A stretch of DNA of 57,581 bases, the filler included, from Platydemus manokwari (Eukaryota): assembly GCA_037951405.1 (NCBI GenBank). It is 4 parts of 4 records of this genome, joined end to end, with 100 filler letters (N's around TTAATTAATTAA, not from the genome) between each part and the next. Parts side by side here need not be neighbours in the genome. Positions count along the whole stretch, not along the records: positions 12,292 to 28,685 come from JBBMOY011181433.1; 3 more parts are not named here. One strand, written 5' to 3'. The position numbers and the translations under genes are program-made. Numbering within the stretch: the stretch's first letter is position 1; each line of letters opens with the position of its first letter. The notes beneath the pieces were generated by a model. The model had not been told where the DNA came from and ran no database searches. It worked only from the letters and a program-made list of their open reading frames with translations. Below, piece after piece: positions 13,258 to 27,000 of the stretch.

Positions 13258-13346
13258 TCAGTGTACTTTTATGGAGAAGCGTCTGTTTGCAAGGATATCA
13301 TTTCGGCTTCCACACTTTCTTTTTCTGTTGCCACCAAATTTCTCAC
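13258..13346 (-). CDS. Terminal coding exon of the ankyrin gene (open in two frames)
   Basis: Acceptor cactag. Phase-1 reading gives GEKFGGNRKRK...IKVH* (stop 13258). Phase-0 reading gives VRNLVATEKES...DASP* (stop 13269). Confidence 0.6.
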
Positions 13347-14570
13347 CTAGTGAATATTAAAAATCAATAATATTATCGATAAAATTATTTTAAAAAAAAA
13401 GCAAAATTAATTTTATTAATTTTATTATTTCACCGGTGCTCCTGAAAGAATAAGAAAAATGTCGAAGCGATGACGAGATTTTTATGGTCAATTGACTAGC
13501 CTGGGTGATTGTCGATCAGAGAACGGTACATATTCATATGAAAAGATTCATAGAAATCGATTGAAAATATTTATATGAAATCTCAACTGAAACACCCCAC
13601 GCTGACAGTCATTAGTCGAAATACTTTTGGTCAATTAAAATAGATCAACGATAAATTTATCTATCAATACGTTACGTAACATCTTACAGAACAAACATGT
13701 TTCGTACTCGCTTGTGACACACACGCACACACATAAAAACAATAATTACGTCATAATTATAAACTCGACGTCCGCGAGTTTTCATCTTGGCAGGAGTTGC
13801 ACTCTCGAGCTCTTCAATATAATCCAAGGCTGACATATTATTCTGAAAAGAAAAAAAAAACCCACATGAATGGGCGATTCGATTGATGAAGAACACATAC
13901 TGCATCTTTGATCTGCAAATTCACCGAATTACTGGCCGTTATAATCGACAGTATTTGACGTTGATCTTTCAAACTCACTGCATAATGAATCGGTGATCGT
14001 TGAAGACAATCGGTTTGATTGATGAGTTGTGGAAACTGATCACAGATCAGTCCAACTAATTCCGCATGTCGATACAGGACAGCCAGATGGAGAATGTTTC
14101 TATTTCTACTGTCCACACCTTAACAACGAAAACATCAAATCGTTTAGGTTTGAAAATCGAAATAATGAAAGAAAATTTTCACGTAAAAAAAGCAATGATA
14201 ACAATTTCATGTGTCAATGACTTTCAATAACAAAATTATTTGGTTGATAAAAGGAGTGTGAGATGATTTTCAATAGCTAACCACCACCACCACCAAAAAA
14301 ATCCGAAAGGCTCACAATCAAGCTTAGTACAATTTTATCTAAAATTAGCTTTCAGTCACTGAATAAGGATGGCTCTTATTCGATGTCTGGACAGACAACA
14401 CACAGCATCTTAAAACCTATCTGCCCACCTCTGTTTTGAGTAAACCCGCAATCGGTTTTTTTAGTTTTTTGTTCCCTGGACTGCTATGGTGGATAACGTC
14501 CATCTATTGGTTAAATAATCTACTCAGTTTTTGCCATGTTTTTATTGATAAATTCTGATCGATTAATTTC

Positions 14571-14615
<45 letters not shown>

Positions 14616-17600
14616 ATTTTCTATTATTTCACAGGCCTGGCGATTCAAATAATCCAATAGAAATCGATGATTTTCAATCAAATCAGTGCTGTTCAACACA
14701 TTCTCTATAGATCTACACACATGCATTTTGTAAACACTCAATAACAGAATGGAATTATTAGAATATTCCAGTAACCAATCCATTCTAATTTCCATGTGCG
14801 ATAGTTGATAATTATTGGATTTCATTTGATCTTGATTTCAACCATCGATCGATGATCGGTTTGTATATTTCGACCCCAATCAATTCGCAAAACATTGATC
14901 ACAATCATATTTTCATGAAAAATCCAATGGTCTATTTACGTTTTTATCAATCGTTGCAAATTTGCATTGTCGGTGCAATCTGAATGCAATTGAAATGCAG
15001 AAATCTGATTGGTCGCTTTCAAACAAAATGCGTCTGACTCATAATCATTCAAAACGATTGTTGATTTGTATTGGATTTATATCATTTGTCGATTGTATTT
15101 ACAGTAGAATGTTTACGTCGGAAATTTTTATTTATATATTATTTTTGTTAAAATTAATTATCGATTATGGAGTGCGATTTTTATAAATAGGATTTTTGTT
15201 TTGTATTATTAATCAAAGCTCGTTTTACTTAGTTTTTTTTTATTTTTTCATTCTTTGGTAGAAATATATTTTTGTTTTCACGGATATTTTTGTGGGTTGA
15301 ATTGATGAAATCAACATTGACCATTGTTTGTAAAGCACAAGTATAAGGCAGTGATAATCGATGTTATAATTCGATATTCATCGAGAAAAGTGACGAATAC
15401 TGAACAGGTTGGTTGATTATCAATGGGATTCACTCGGTCACGGTGTGAGTAGAATGTATTGTCTTGTGTTGTCTCCAAGATAAATATTAAAACAAATCAA
15501 TCGATATTTTGTTATATCAATTGAGATAATTGGTGATATCGTGATTATCATTGAACCATTGATCGAGAATAACATGGTAGCCATTTTACTTTCACAACGC
15601 CACGCAGGGGACTTCTTGTCAGAAGCTTTCCAGCTCAGTTTGACGAAAAATTTTTAATGAAAATTCTCATAACTCATTAATATAAATCACTTTCATTTCC
15701 AATATATTCGTTAAAAACAACCTGAACAATCTGTCGTTAAGAAAGGTGGCCAAGAATCACAATTGATGGCATATTGTTGTTCAACAAATACATTGTACTG
15801 ATATACCATTTGACAAGGACATGAGTCGTCAATCTATACAACTTGACCAAATGCAGATGATTGCCAATACATTTATAATGGAGTCACATATGAGTCACCT
15901 CGTACAACAAGTTTGAACAACATTATGTTTCTGCCGCAGTTTTATTTGCATGTCCTTTAAACTACCACGGCTAGAAGATATTTTTTATCAATTGTTTATT
16001 TTGAATAAAACTCCCTTATAATGTTCATATGAGATGACCAGATGATCCATATCATTTCCAATTTGTTTAAACCTTTCGGAACAACATCCTCTCGATAATT
16101 CAATTATATATATATATATACTTATCACAAAATAGCTTTTTTATATTGACAACAAAATGGCTTCCTTAATAATTAAACAAAGTCAATCAAATCCAGGATT
16201 TATCGTTTAAAATTAAATTACGGTTAACATTATAAAGCTATGAAAAGTGTTATCATTGTCTCTGAAGTTCATATTGGATTGTGTGATGCGAAAATGACTC
16301 ATTTTATCTCCAAAATAATGTCGATATAACTCGATTTAAAACTCGATTTAAAGCTCGATTAAACACTGAATTATGCGTATTTAATGGATGAAAATTATCT
16401 GTAGAACTAAGAATTTTATGAGCTAGATATTTACATCTAAAAATATACCAAATAATTTTTGCAATAATTTGCAGCCAGTGTCGCAGAGTTAGGTTTTTAG
16501 TTGTTGAAAGGTAATTAGCTCTAATGGTCTACTCGTCATTTATTGTTTTATCGTTACTATAAGTGATGAAGATGCTAATATGGAACCAAATTGCTATGAC
16601 AACAATGGTTGTGGTCTAATGGTAAGTGATGGAAATTGTGAGTGTCATTTCCATGGTTACAATTCAACTAAAAACAAATTACGATATGGCAGATTTCAGA
16701 TACTATTTTACACTGATCAGATGAAGAATCTACAAAACGTGTCTATACCTTCTTGTTCGAATTACCACTTATTGACAAGCCCTCACAACATTTACATATA
16801 CATGGTTTGGAAATGTTTCTTCCAAATAAAAACTCTGTGCGCAACCATGACTGTGAAGGTAAGCAAGTTTTGGGGAAAAAGATTTTGGAAAAAAATTATC
16901 GAATAAGAATAGGTTAATGCCATTAAAGATTGTGAGGGTTTGCTGACTGAACCTTTGTCAATATCCACAGGTAAACCAGTTTTATAGTTCATTTTACTCA
17001 TCAGTATCAAGCAAAACGTCAATTCTGCTAGTATAATATCTTGTTAATTGCCTAATTAGAACATCATGTTCTTTTCATTCTTATTCAAGCTCTAAAAATG
17101 TTTTTATTCCTGTTTAATCTCGACAGCACAGTCTTAAATTTTTTCCAAAAATCCTTCTGCAATGGAGCAAATGAATTAGCAAGGAGAATACTTAAAATTA
17201 AATGTGAAATTTCAAAACTGTATTTTTATGTTGTTTTGTCTGCAAACCAAACCCTCCTACCAAATTTCGCTTGTTTTAACTTACGCCTAACCCAGTAGGT
17301 CATTTATCGCCATATACCAGTCACCAATGTCAGATCAACACGTAATTTATTTGTGACGTAGAGGAAGTCATTCAGTTCACTATTCAGTAGTGATTCACAA
17401 ACTGGCGTTCATAATTGAGTCACCTCACCTACTTCATCTAACAGACATTAAAATTTTCCTCTGAAATTAGTGTGCTGATTGATATGAAAATTTCGATTTA
17501 CAAATATTCTTGGACTTTTTCAGAGATGCGGCGTTTAATTCCTATATAATAACCCATCTTCCAATTCTCTGTTCCATATGATTTATTCGTGGTGAATCAT

Positions 17601-20600
17601 TTTGGTCTGCGAAAATAAATGTGCTCATCATCAACCAATAGTTAGTTTAAACCAGTGTCATCAGTATAAATCCAATGCGCACAAGAAAGATGATTAGAAA
17701 ATGTGAGGAATATAATGTCTACATATTCGTTTTAATAAAATCGAATCCATTGATAATAAATCTACTAATTTATGGCAACGTTTTGATTCACGAATAATTA
17801 ACAACCTCCAGTATCCAATCCCGAATATGACAACATTCCAAATTACGTATTTTTCAATGGGTTATTAATCTGTATCTGATTCGGTGATTGATGTTTTGGG
17901 TTCATATATGATATGTAAAGGCAATGAGAATATTATCTCAATGACAACCTTGCTTAGCAGTTTCTCCAATAATTCCCATCAGGTAATTGTGGGGATTTTC
18001 AAATAATGATGGTCTTTTAAATAATTTTCGTTAAAAATAATTCTGTGTGATGACTTTTCAGTTCATTTATCAATTAATAGGGGTCTACAACCATAATTCC
18101 TATCAACGAATTTAATTCCTGATGTAACGCTCTTACAAACCAAGATTATTCCGAGATTAATGACAGGTTTTTATCTTTTTTTCGGTAGACACTGAATGGA
18201 AAATCATTATTAATTCTATCGGGACAATTACCTTCTTTATAAATGCTATCTGCATCTTGATACATATAAAAATCATTCATAAAATATTAACAAAACACAA
18301 ATGATCCAACTTACCACTTGGTCATTAGCAAATACATTCATTAATCAATAAACATGTTCCATTAGAATTCATAAAAAATCCAAAATTATTTATCGCATAT
18401 TTTCATTGATTATATATATTACTATGAAAACCAATCCATTAAAACAATCATCATTAAATTTCCATTGGAGTTAATTTCCAAAATTTTAATCGTCGATCAA
18501 TCGATTCAAAGATAATAATAATTATTATTTTTATTATAATTATCATCTTTATCATCAAATCAAATCGAAACCACATCAATCATGAAACAAGAATTCGATC
18601 ATTGAACAATATTCACATTTTAGCTCACTAAGTGATGAATCCATTTTGGTATTGGTAATGAAATCGTTGGTAAAATTCTGATTGGTTACAATTTCCAGCA
18701 AAATGCGGTTGACTCATAATTTTATCGATAAAATTAAACGATTGCACTGATCGTATGCCATTATGCAACATGTTCTAGAAGGTGAATTTGAAATCTTTTT
18801 CAATTTCAAATCATTTTTTAAATTTGTTTAAATTAAGTGGCCTTGTTCCATTGTTTGATGGTTGTGATTGGTTAGTTAAATAAGTATTGAAATGATATAT
18901 TATTGATAGGGATTTATTTCGATAATATTTCTATGATTGATATCTTCATTCGCCAAGGTCTGTCTGTATCGATATATCTATAATTATCCGGTATCATTTA
19001 GAATTCCATCGTAATTGTTCGTTCAGGATGTCGTTGTCAATTTGGTCTCGGTTTGCAATTAATTTGTGATTCCAGAATATTATAGGCATGCCCAATGAAT
19101 TGATCTTATATTAGTGGGACCATATTATCGGTCGATATTTCACCAATATTATCTACATCGGTTGTAGTTAGTTTTTTGAACTTGTAAGCATTCTTTGATT
19201 GATAAAACCCAATAATAATCCATTTTCAATAAAATTTTCAATCGATGTTGTCTTCATAACTTGAGATTAATTACGTTCATAGCCATTTTGAGATTAGAAA
19301 AGGATTGATAATTTTCATGAGAAGAGAATCGAAAATCTTAACCCATTTAAGGCCACTGAGCTGTGAACATTTCAGTATCTCACCATAATGCAGAACTCAA
19401 CATTGTTTCTTTCTTATTCATCACAAGGTTTATTCTTATTTCTTTACTACTGCGAAGCTTCATGACTGCAACGAAGGATAAAAACATGGCTTTTCGTATG
19501 TCAAAAGTAGGTGTTTTCTTTGATTGACATTTGACAAGGGGTTGAAATAAGAGTTTCTTGATTATGAAACAATTGTCCAGGAATTTACCATCGATATAAT
19601 ATAACGTCGATAGTTCTCTTGTAAATAAAAAGTATAAACTTGAAGATATTGAATGACGCTAATTTCTGCGAAAGAATTTTTATGATGAAATATGGATTGA
19701 AAATCTCACAACTAAGTAGCTTAGTTATGGATATTTATCATTATTATTGTTATTGTTATTCTGATCCAGATTCGATCCGTATGTTCATTCTCATAATCCG
19801 AACTCATCAATAATTTAGTGAGACATCAGCCATTTTTAAAAATCGCTCCTAAGCTATTTGATAATTTGATCATTCTATTAAAATCAATATCGAAACAACT
19901 CCAGTGTCAGCCGATTCTTTCTGAAAATCCTCGGTAACTTGTTATTCATAGATCATTTGAATTTTTTTTTCACAATTAAGCTTCTTATAGATCCAATAAT
20001 AAAATATCAAGACGAGAAATATTGTGGTTTGTGGTAAAGATTTATTTGTAGAGAATCATTAGATCGGAAATCCACTGTAAATCAAATAGAGATCACAAGG
20101 GAAAGAAATGTTTCGCTTAATTCACAGATCGATTGTCAAATTCCAGTGCACAATATGACACCAAAATGAAACCGTGTAGATGATTCCAGTTTTGACTTCT
20201 GTAATTTTGGAATATTTAAATCGATATTTTCATCTAACTCAAAACCAATAATATTTCCATTTACAGATATTTGGAAATGCTATGCCTCACGTAATGCCAG
20301 TAAGATTATCGATGTTTTAAACATTTCTCATTGGCAGTAGTTATTATTATGAGATAAATCAGTGACGAATAAATATTTAAGTTCATTTCTATACCAGTAA
20401 CAATATGGCGAAAGATTTTCTTTATCAATATGTATGGAAATGTACCGATTTGTCAGAAAACCATACTGATAAGAAAACCTTGTTACTTTCTCATATTTTT
20501 AATCATGATTGATATATCTCAACACACGTTACAAATACTATCCAACCAGGAGGTGAGAAATTGATAGCCGTATTGAATGTTGTGATGTGTTATCAATGAT

Positions 20601-23600
20601 GATATTACGGTAATGATATCGATATACACGTATTACATAACATAATGCGATCAGTTGACAAGATGATTTTATACTGACAAAAATACGATACATACAATCG
20701 TTGGATTTTCATTATAATGCTCCATCATCATAATATCAATTAATATTTTTAATCAATAAATTATTGTTAATAATGTTTCGTTGAAGAATGATCAATAATT
20801 TCGATAATTTATCTATTAACACATTCCTCAGGTAGTTAAGGTCAAATGTAGAATAAACTGCAAAATAATAATCTCACCAATATGATAAGTGATACAAAAA
20901 TTCTATCAAATTAACAACGTACCCCAAGCCAATTTTTTTTCCGAAAGGAATTTGGTGTAAATCTGAGTGGTATTTGTGATGACTGCTGCATGCAATTGAC
21001 GAACTTCAAATTGATAACGTTCGACATTTTGAAGCAGATCGATTAGTTCTTTGTAATATTTCAATTGAGCCAATTCGATGGCGGTTTTGTTCCGAATCGT
21101 TCCGCAAATGTCGGTAATGTGATCGTAGCCTTGTATGATCAATTCTTCGATTGCATCGTAATTCTCCTCATAAACCATATTTAACACGTGATCATCGATC
21201 ATTTTCAAGAACACCGAACCATTTTCCACATCCTAAATAAAATATCTCATTGTCACTCACAATTTATCAGTAGATTATAATGGAACTTCTGTTTCACAAT
21301 AATCTCTGGGTGTATATTTGTGAATATCTCTCGCTGCAACATTTGCACCACGCTCCAATAAAATAGAGATGACTTCTTTCTTCTTGTTGAGATCGCCTTT
21401 TCTAATTATTGCTCGATGGAGTAGAGTTGCACCTAATTCGTCGCGCAAATTCAAGTCGGCGTATTGCGCAATCACAGCAGTGATTGATTCATTGATATCA
21501 TCACGGAAAGCCCAGAAAGCAATTGGCGAACAAGGTGCCACTTCTGTGATCGAAATAAATTTAATAGCTTATTAAGAATAGTTCTAAAAGATAAATAAAC
21601 GAAAACCGGTCATGACCGAACGAGCTAAACGTACATTAAACGTATAAATTCTCGACAATATTAGATGCTTAAAGAGTTATGAGCATTGTTGTATAGTTCC
21701 GCTGTCAAATTCGTCCACGATTTAAATTATTAAGTACTTATATCTTATAATATAATGAACTACATAACTGCACATTGTGAAGATTCGCTTGTAGTTGAAC
21801 TAAAAGGCGATTAATACTGAGGTTAATAATACTGAGGATTTTCGAGCTTAATCTAGGCTGATAGAATTCACAATAAACCACACAACCTTGGCTGAAATAA
21901 TTTTTTGGAACGATAGAAAAAAAGTTGAGAGATGGGTTATGCTCATGTTTGAAGTGAAATACCAATTTATACAATGAATTTTATCGAATATTTTGTCAGT
22001 CAAATAGAAAGCTCTATTCAAAAGCTCAGCAATATTTTTGTTTTATTTCAAGATACTCCGTATTTTGAAAGGAAAACTTTGACAGATAGATTTACAAAGG
22101 AAAGTAGAATTGTAAATTGTAGAGACTCTCACAAACATGATGTCATTGATAACACAATCATCTAAGACAGAGGTGGCCAACTTTTGTGTACGTAAGAATC
22201 GACTTTTCATTTGAATAACATCTCACGCGATAGACTAAAATTGGCTTCAAGATCGACCAGTCGATCGCGATTGACCGGTTAGCCACCCCTGATCTAAGAT
22301 GACAAAACTCAGAAACATTTGGTACTGTTGATTTACATTGTTTTATTCACATTGTGATATTCCCGCTCCTTTAATTCTATCTGTTGTGACTGAGTCGTCA
22401 TCTGGTATAAAAATTGTCGATTATCTCTTATTACGAGCTCATTATTATTTGTTTTACAAATTGATGTGCTTCCAGTAGACCCCAATCTACCGAATTGATC
22501 CTCAATTGGGAAATAATTGTTGGACAGCATGGAATTTGTAAACTGGTTTCATTTTCGATGGAATTACATATGGTATAGCCTTAACATGTGATTTACACTT
22601 ATCTTATATTTGGTTCAACTCTTTCCGACCTTTTACTCATTAAAAATCGCTGTGGAGTTTTTCGGATTTTTTTTATTATGTTTCAAACTATTATAAATTT
22701 GATCGATATCTCGATTTAGACAAAAGCTTTATTACGCCATTAGATTTGAAATTATTATTGGGTTAATATATGAACACACACACACGCAGACATACACACT
22801 CACCGAAATATTATTTCAGATTACGTTTTTGTATATCATTGTAATTCTGCACTTTTAATATCGAGCTTCCCATGAAAACAATTCCAATGAGAAATACATA
22901 TTATTGATCAATGAATAAACGAAGGAAAATATTATTGTTCTCGTGTTTAGTAAAGTATAAGAAAATGCAGATCAACATTCCAGATTTTGATTTTTTGTCG
23001 TTGTCGTGAATGATTTAAGCAGTTGGGGTCACTCATGTTCTTGATTTTCTTTTTACGTTCAATGTTTTAATTATCGCTGCCTTCATGTAGATCGATTATA
23101 AATAGATATGTCATCTGATAATTAAGTTTTCACGGATTTTTTTTTGTTGATTTGAACACACTAGACAATAATTATTCTTTTACTTTCTAATGATTCTATT
23201 TATATACTATTGTTTTGTTTTACTGATGTCTCTAAAGATTTCTTATTATGGTATTGGAGCAATAAATTTTCATTTTCGCTTTTATTTCGCATTGTCATTC
23301 CACAAGCAATACAAATGCATTAGATGAGCAACGATCTTATTGGCTATTAAGATGTATGAGTAATATGCAGTGATCTGATGTGCAAATAATTCTGAATTAC
23401 ACAAGCAACTGAGAGATGTAATGTCTAATTTTAAGAATGGCTATTAATAAAATGTATGTCAGCATTGTAATTGATATAATTTTAATGAAGTTTTAATATC
23501 GATTTCTGATGTATATATTTCCAATAATATTATCACGATATAATTATTGATATATGTTTGGTTTATACATGCAAGAAGCAGGGCTTTGGAACTATAATAT

Positions 23601-24035
23601 GTGAAAACAATAGTTCTTCCTTCTGGATTCTATAAACATGTAAGAATTTATTGATCAAATTTTATTGATCAAATGAAAAACTAAATAATCAATGATTTTA
23701 ATGGAATAATTATCGATTTTACACATATATAGAACCAGATGAGCATACCTGTTAGTTGAAACAATCAATTCTTATGGTGTGGCTTTAAAAAAGCAAAATT
23801 ATTTTTAGAATTTACTGACATCTTGTTCAAGATGCCAATGTGTGCATATGAAGACTATGTGGGGAAAAAATAATGATTTTAGAAAACATGGTTAGTAAGA
23901 ATTCTCTCTTTCTCTCTTACTAGCTCGGTCGACAATAATCATAACGATAACAAATACTTTTTTACAGAACAATAAGATTATTATTACTGTTATTAATATT
24001 ATTATTGTTATTAATATTATTATTATTGTTATTAA

Positions 24036-24087
<52 letters not shown>

Positions 24088-27000
24088 TATTTATTATTTT
24101 TATGACATTACCATGTGAATACAATGGTTTCAAAACATTTATTATTTATCATAGATGTTTTCAGGTATTCTCTGATAGTCCTGGGGTGGAAATAACATCA
24201 ATCAAATTGTCACAAACAATACCTGATTAAAATAATGATTCTATAATAGGAGCAATCGATATTTTTAATGTTATTATTTGTGGAAATGATATTTTTTTAA
24301 CGATTGCACTCATCTTTTACATTGAATCCGTTTGATCGTCGAAATAACGAGTCTCTGAGGACAGAATAGAATGGATAGCGGAACTACGAATGAGATAATT
24401 CGAATAAATTATTAAATCCGCAAAAATAAAAATGGAGAAATTCGGTTTATATTTATCTGTGATTTGTGAGTTGAGAATTTGAAAAAAAATCAATAACGAA
24501 AATAATGTGTTGGTTTCTGTGGATGATGATGCATAGATATTTAAACTTCATGTCTATTTTTATTTGTTTTGAATCGAGATGTATTATTATTGACGTGATT
24601 TGTTTTTTGACAAATCCCAGCGAGAATTTGACACTTCTAAGAAAATAGGTGGTGTGTGTAATTATTCAGGATGTGTGCATATAGATTTGGTTAATAATAA
24701 TAATTTGATACGTAAACAAAAATAAAGTCCTGGAAAAATTAGCTAAAATTATGTCGACCTGGTCTAAGTAGTTGCTGACACACTATTGACAGATAAAAAA
24801 ATCATCTAGAATTTGGTGCTTGGTGACTATAATGATAAGACTGATTAGAGTTTTAATAATTTCGAATGGAATTAGAAATTAGAATTTGAGCTTGATTAAT
24901 CATAGCTATCTTAGGGACAATCTATAGATTATATTCGTTGCTTGGATCACCTTTCCAGACCAATGTGAAATTATTTAGGATCGAGTAATTAAATGAAAAG
25001 TGTGATACACAATGTCGACAATGCATTTTACTGTTATTTTACATCGGTGATGGGTTCCATTTTTCTGTCTGTTCAAGAGATTAATTGAAGTGTTTCAACT
25101 CTATTTAATGTGCTATTAAAGGAAGAGTCATAATAAATACATGCAATTATATTATTACTACATGATTGGTTGTTGTGGTGATTATCACGGTTTCAGTGAA
25201 ATTACTGTGGAATTTTTGATTTTGTCTGGCTGATCTGAATTGTAGCCTCGTACGATTTATCGCGTAAATTTTTAACCGACTCGCTCTTCTTAATTAGTTT
25301 TTTAAATTAAATTGTATTATCTTCGATCGAGTTCATCTTTGGTCCTCATGAGGTCCCAACATAATAATTATTTAATTCAAGAGGGGCTTGTAACCCCCAA
25401 TTAACGAACTGTTATAAATTAAGTTAACAATTAAGTTGCGTCTGATCGTACATTTTATTTTGATCAGTTCAAATTTTAGCCATATTATTTATATAATTTT
25501 ACTGGCATGGGATCACTTTTTCGTTTTAATTAAAATGGTTCACTCCATTAATTGCGGGAAAGAAAATCAAATTCAGCTATTAGTTATTGATATCGTCCTA
25601 TAATACGATTTGGAATTTTGAAATAAGGACAAAACCGAATTAGTCTGATCGACAAACTGATCTATAATTACACCAGTGATGTAATCAACTTGAAAATATT
25701 ATCTAAGCTTCATTATCTGATCAAACGCTTCGGATATAAAATCGTGTTCAAATTTTGATTGTACTGACCTTCATAATGCACGTTGAGATTCACACCATAT
25801 TTGATGAATTCCAATACGATTTCTGCTGTAGAATATTCCATGACACTAGCAATTAGTGGGCGAGTAACGAATTCCACTTTCCAGTCATCGGTGAGCCCAG
25901 CGAAATAGTTTTGATAGACTGCGTTCACCTTCGTCGTTCCCTGTCCCATTGCTGAAATTATTGAATCGAGATTTTCCCAATCGATTTCAAGAACTAAAAC
26001 CCAAACATACCCAAGCAATGCTTCATGCGCTTTATATCAGCTGCAAGTGCTGCCACAACGAATTCGGTCAAGTACAGATATTTTTCCAACAGGTTCGCAA
26101 CTTCTGCGAATTCATTGTCTTTAGCATATTGTAGCAAATGACGGCCTGCTTTGTGAGTGTTGACTCTGCATAATGAAGACAACCAGAACTTGACACGTTT
26201 GACATCATTGTCTTCTACAGCAGGCCAGAGTCCGGGCAAATACATTCTTTGACATTGATGACTGAGTATGAGTTCTCCTCTAGTAGCATATGTGTTGATA
26301 GACACACACTTGCCTTTATTACAGCGATAGGACGAGTCGACACCTAATTATGTGGACATTAATCTGCACTTCACAACTACTTAATGTTAAAGATGAATCA
26401 CTCACCCAAGTTTATCAGATAATCTAAAAATCGTCTGTCCGCATGAAGATTAAAAGCCGATACCAAAACGGTTTCACCATTCTTGTTTCTTTGATTGATA
26501 TCTATACCAACCAGAACTAACTTGTGAATCAATCTGACAAGGATTCGTTTGAGAACAACGTCTTGACAATGACAGTATCTGATTAATAATATACCTTATC
26601 AAATAGTGCATCGAATCCAATGTAAAATTCCACCAAATAACATGCACACAACGTGAGACATACTCTGATAATTGTGTAAAAATAACTTTTATGAAACGAA
26701 AGTGTCACTTGTTTCTAACATTGACTGCTAGTTAAAACAAACCGACTCGGAAATATTAAAAAACATTCTATCCACGGTGAGGTGTCAGTGATCACACATA
26801 AGAGCACATAAGAACTGAGATATAATGGTTTGTTATTTAGTAAAGGGGACTTCTATTTATGAGTTGTTTCCTTTGGAATACACTTATAAAAATGTTAGCA
26901 TTTCAACAGTTTTATTCCAAACAATCTAGATATCATTGAATCTTTATAAAAATTGGTGTCAATGCCGCAATTCTTTGCCTCTTTTGGGCTTCTTTCAGTA

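Noticed and set aside
14520-14825. ORF with poly-Ile
   Set aside because: It is the translation of an (AAT)n microsatellite.
10595-19360. piggyBac-like TTAACCCATT ends at ~10626 and ~19338
   Set aside because: They face away from each other, lie across a join and have no matching partner TIRs.
21261-21290. In-frame TAA before a consensus donor, suggesting stop-codon reassignment or readthrough
   Set aside because: The phase would still not match the next exon. An upstream GT donor restores the frame, and no other exon needs recoding.
21605-21630. cggtcatgaccg hairpin followed by CTAA as a Helitron 3' end
   Set aside because: No 5' end or second copy in the window; a short palindrome can arise by chance.
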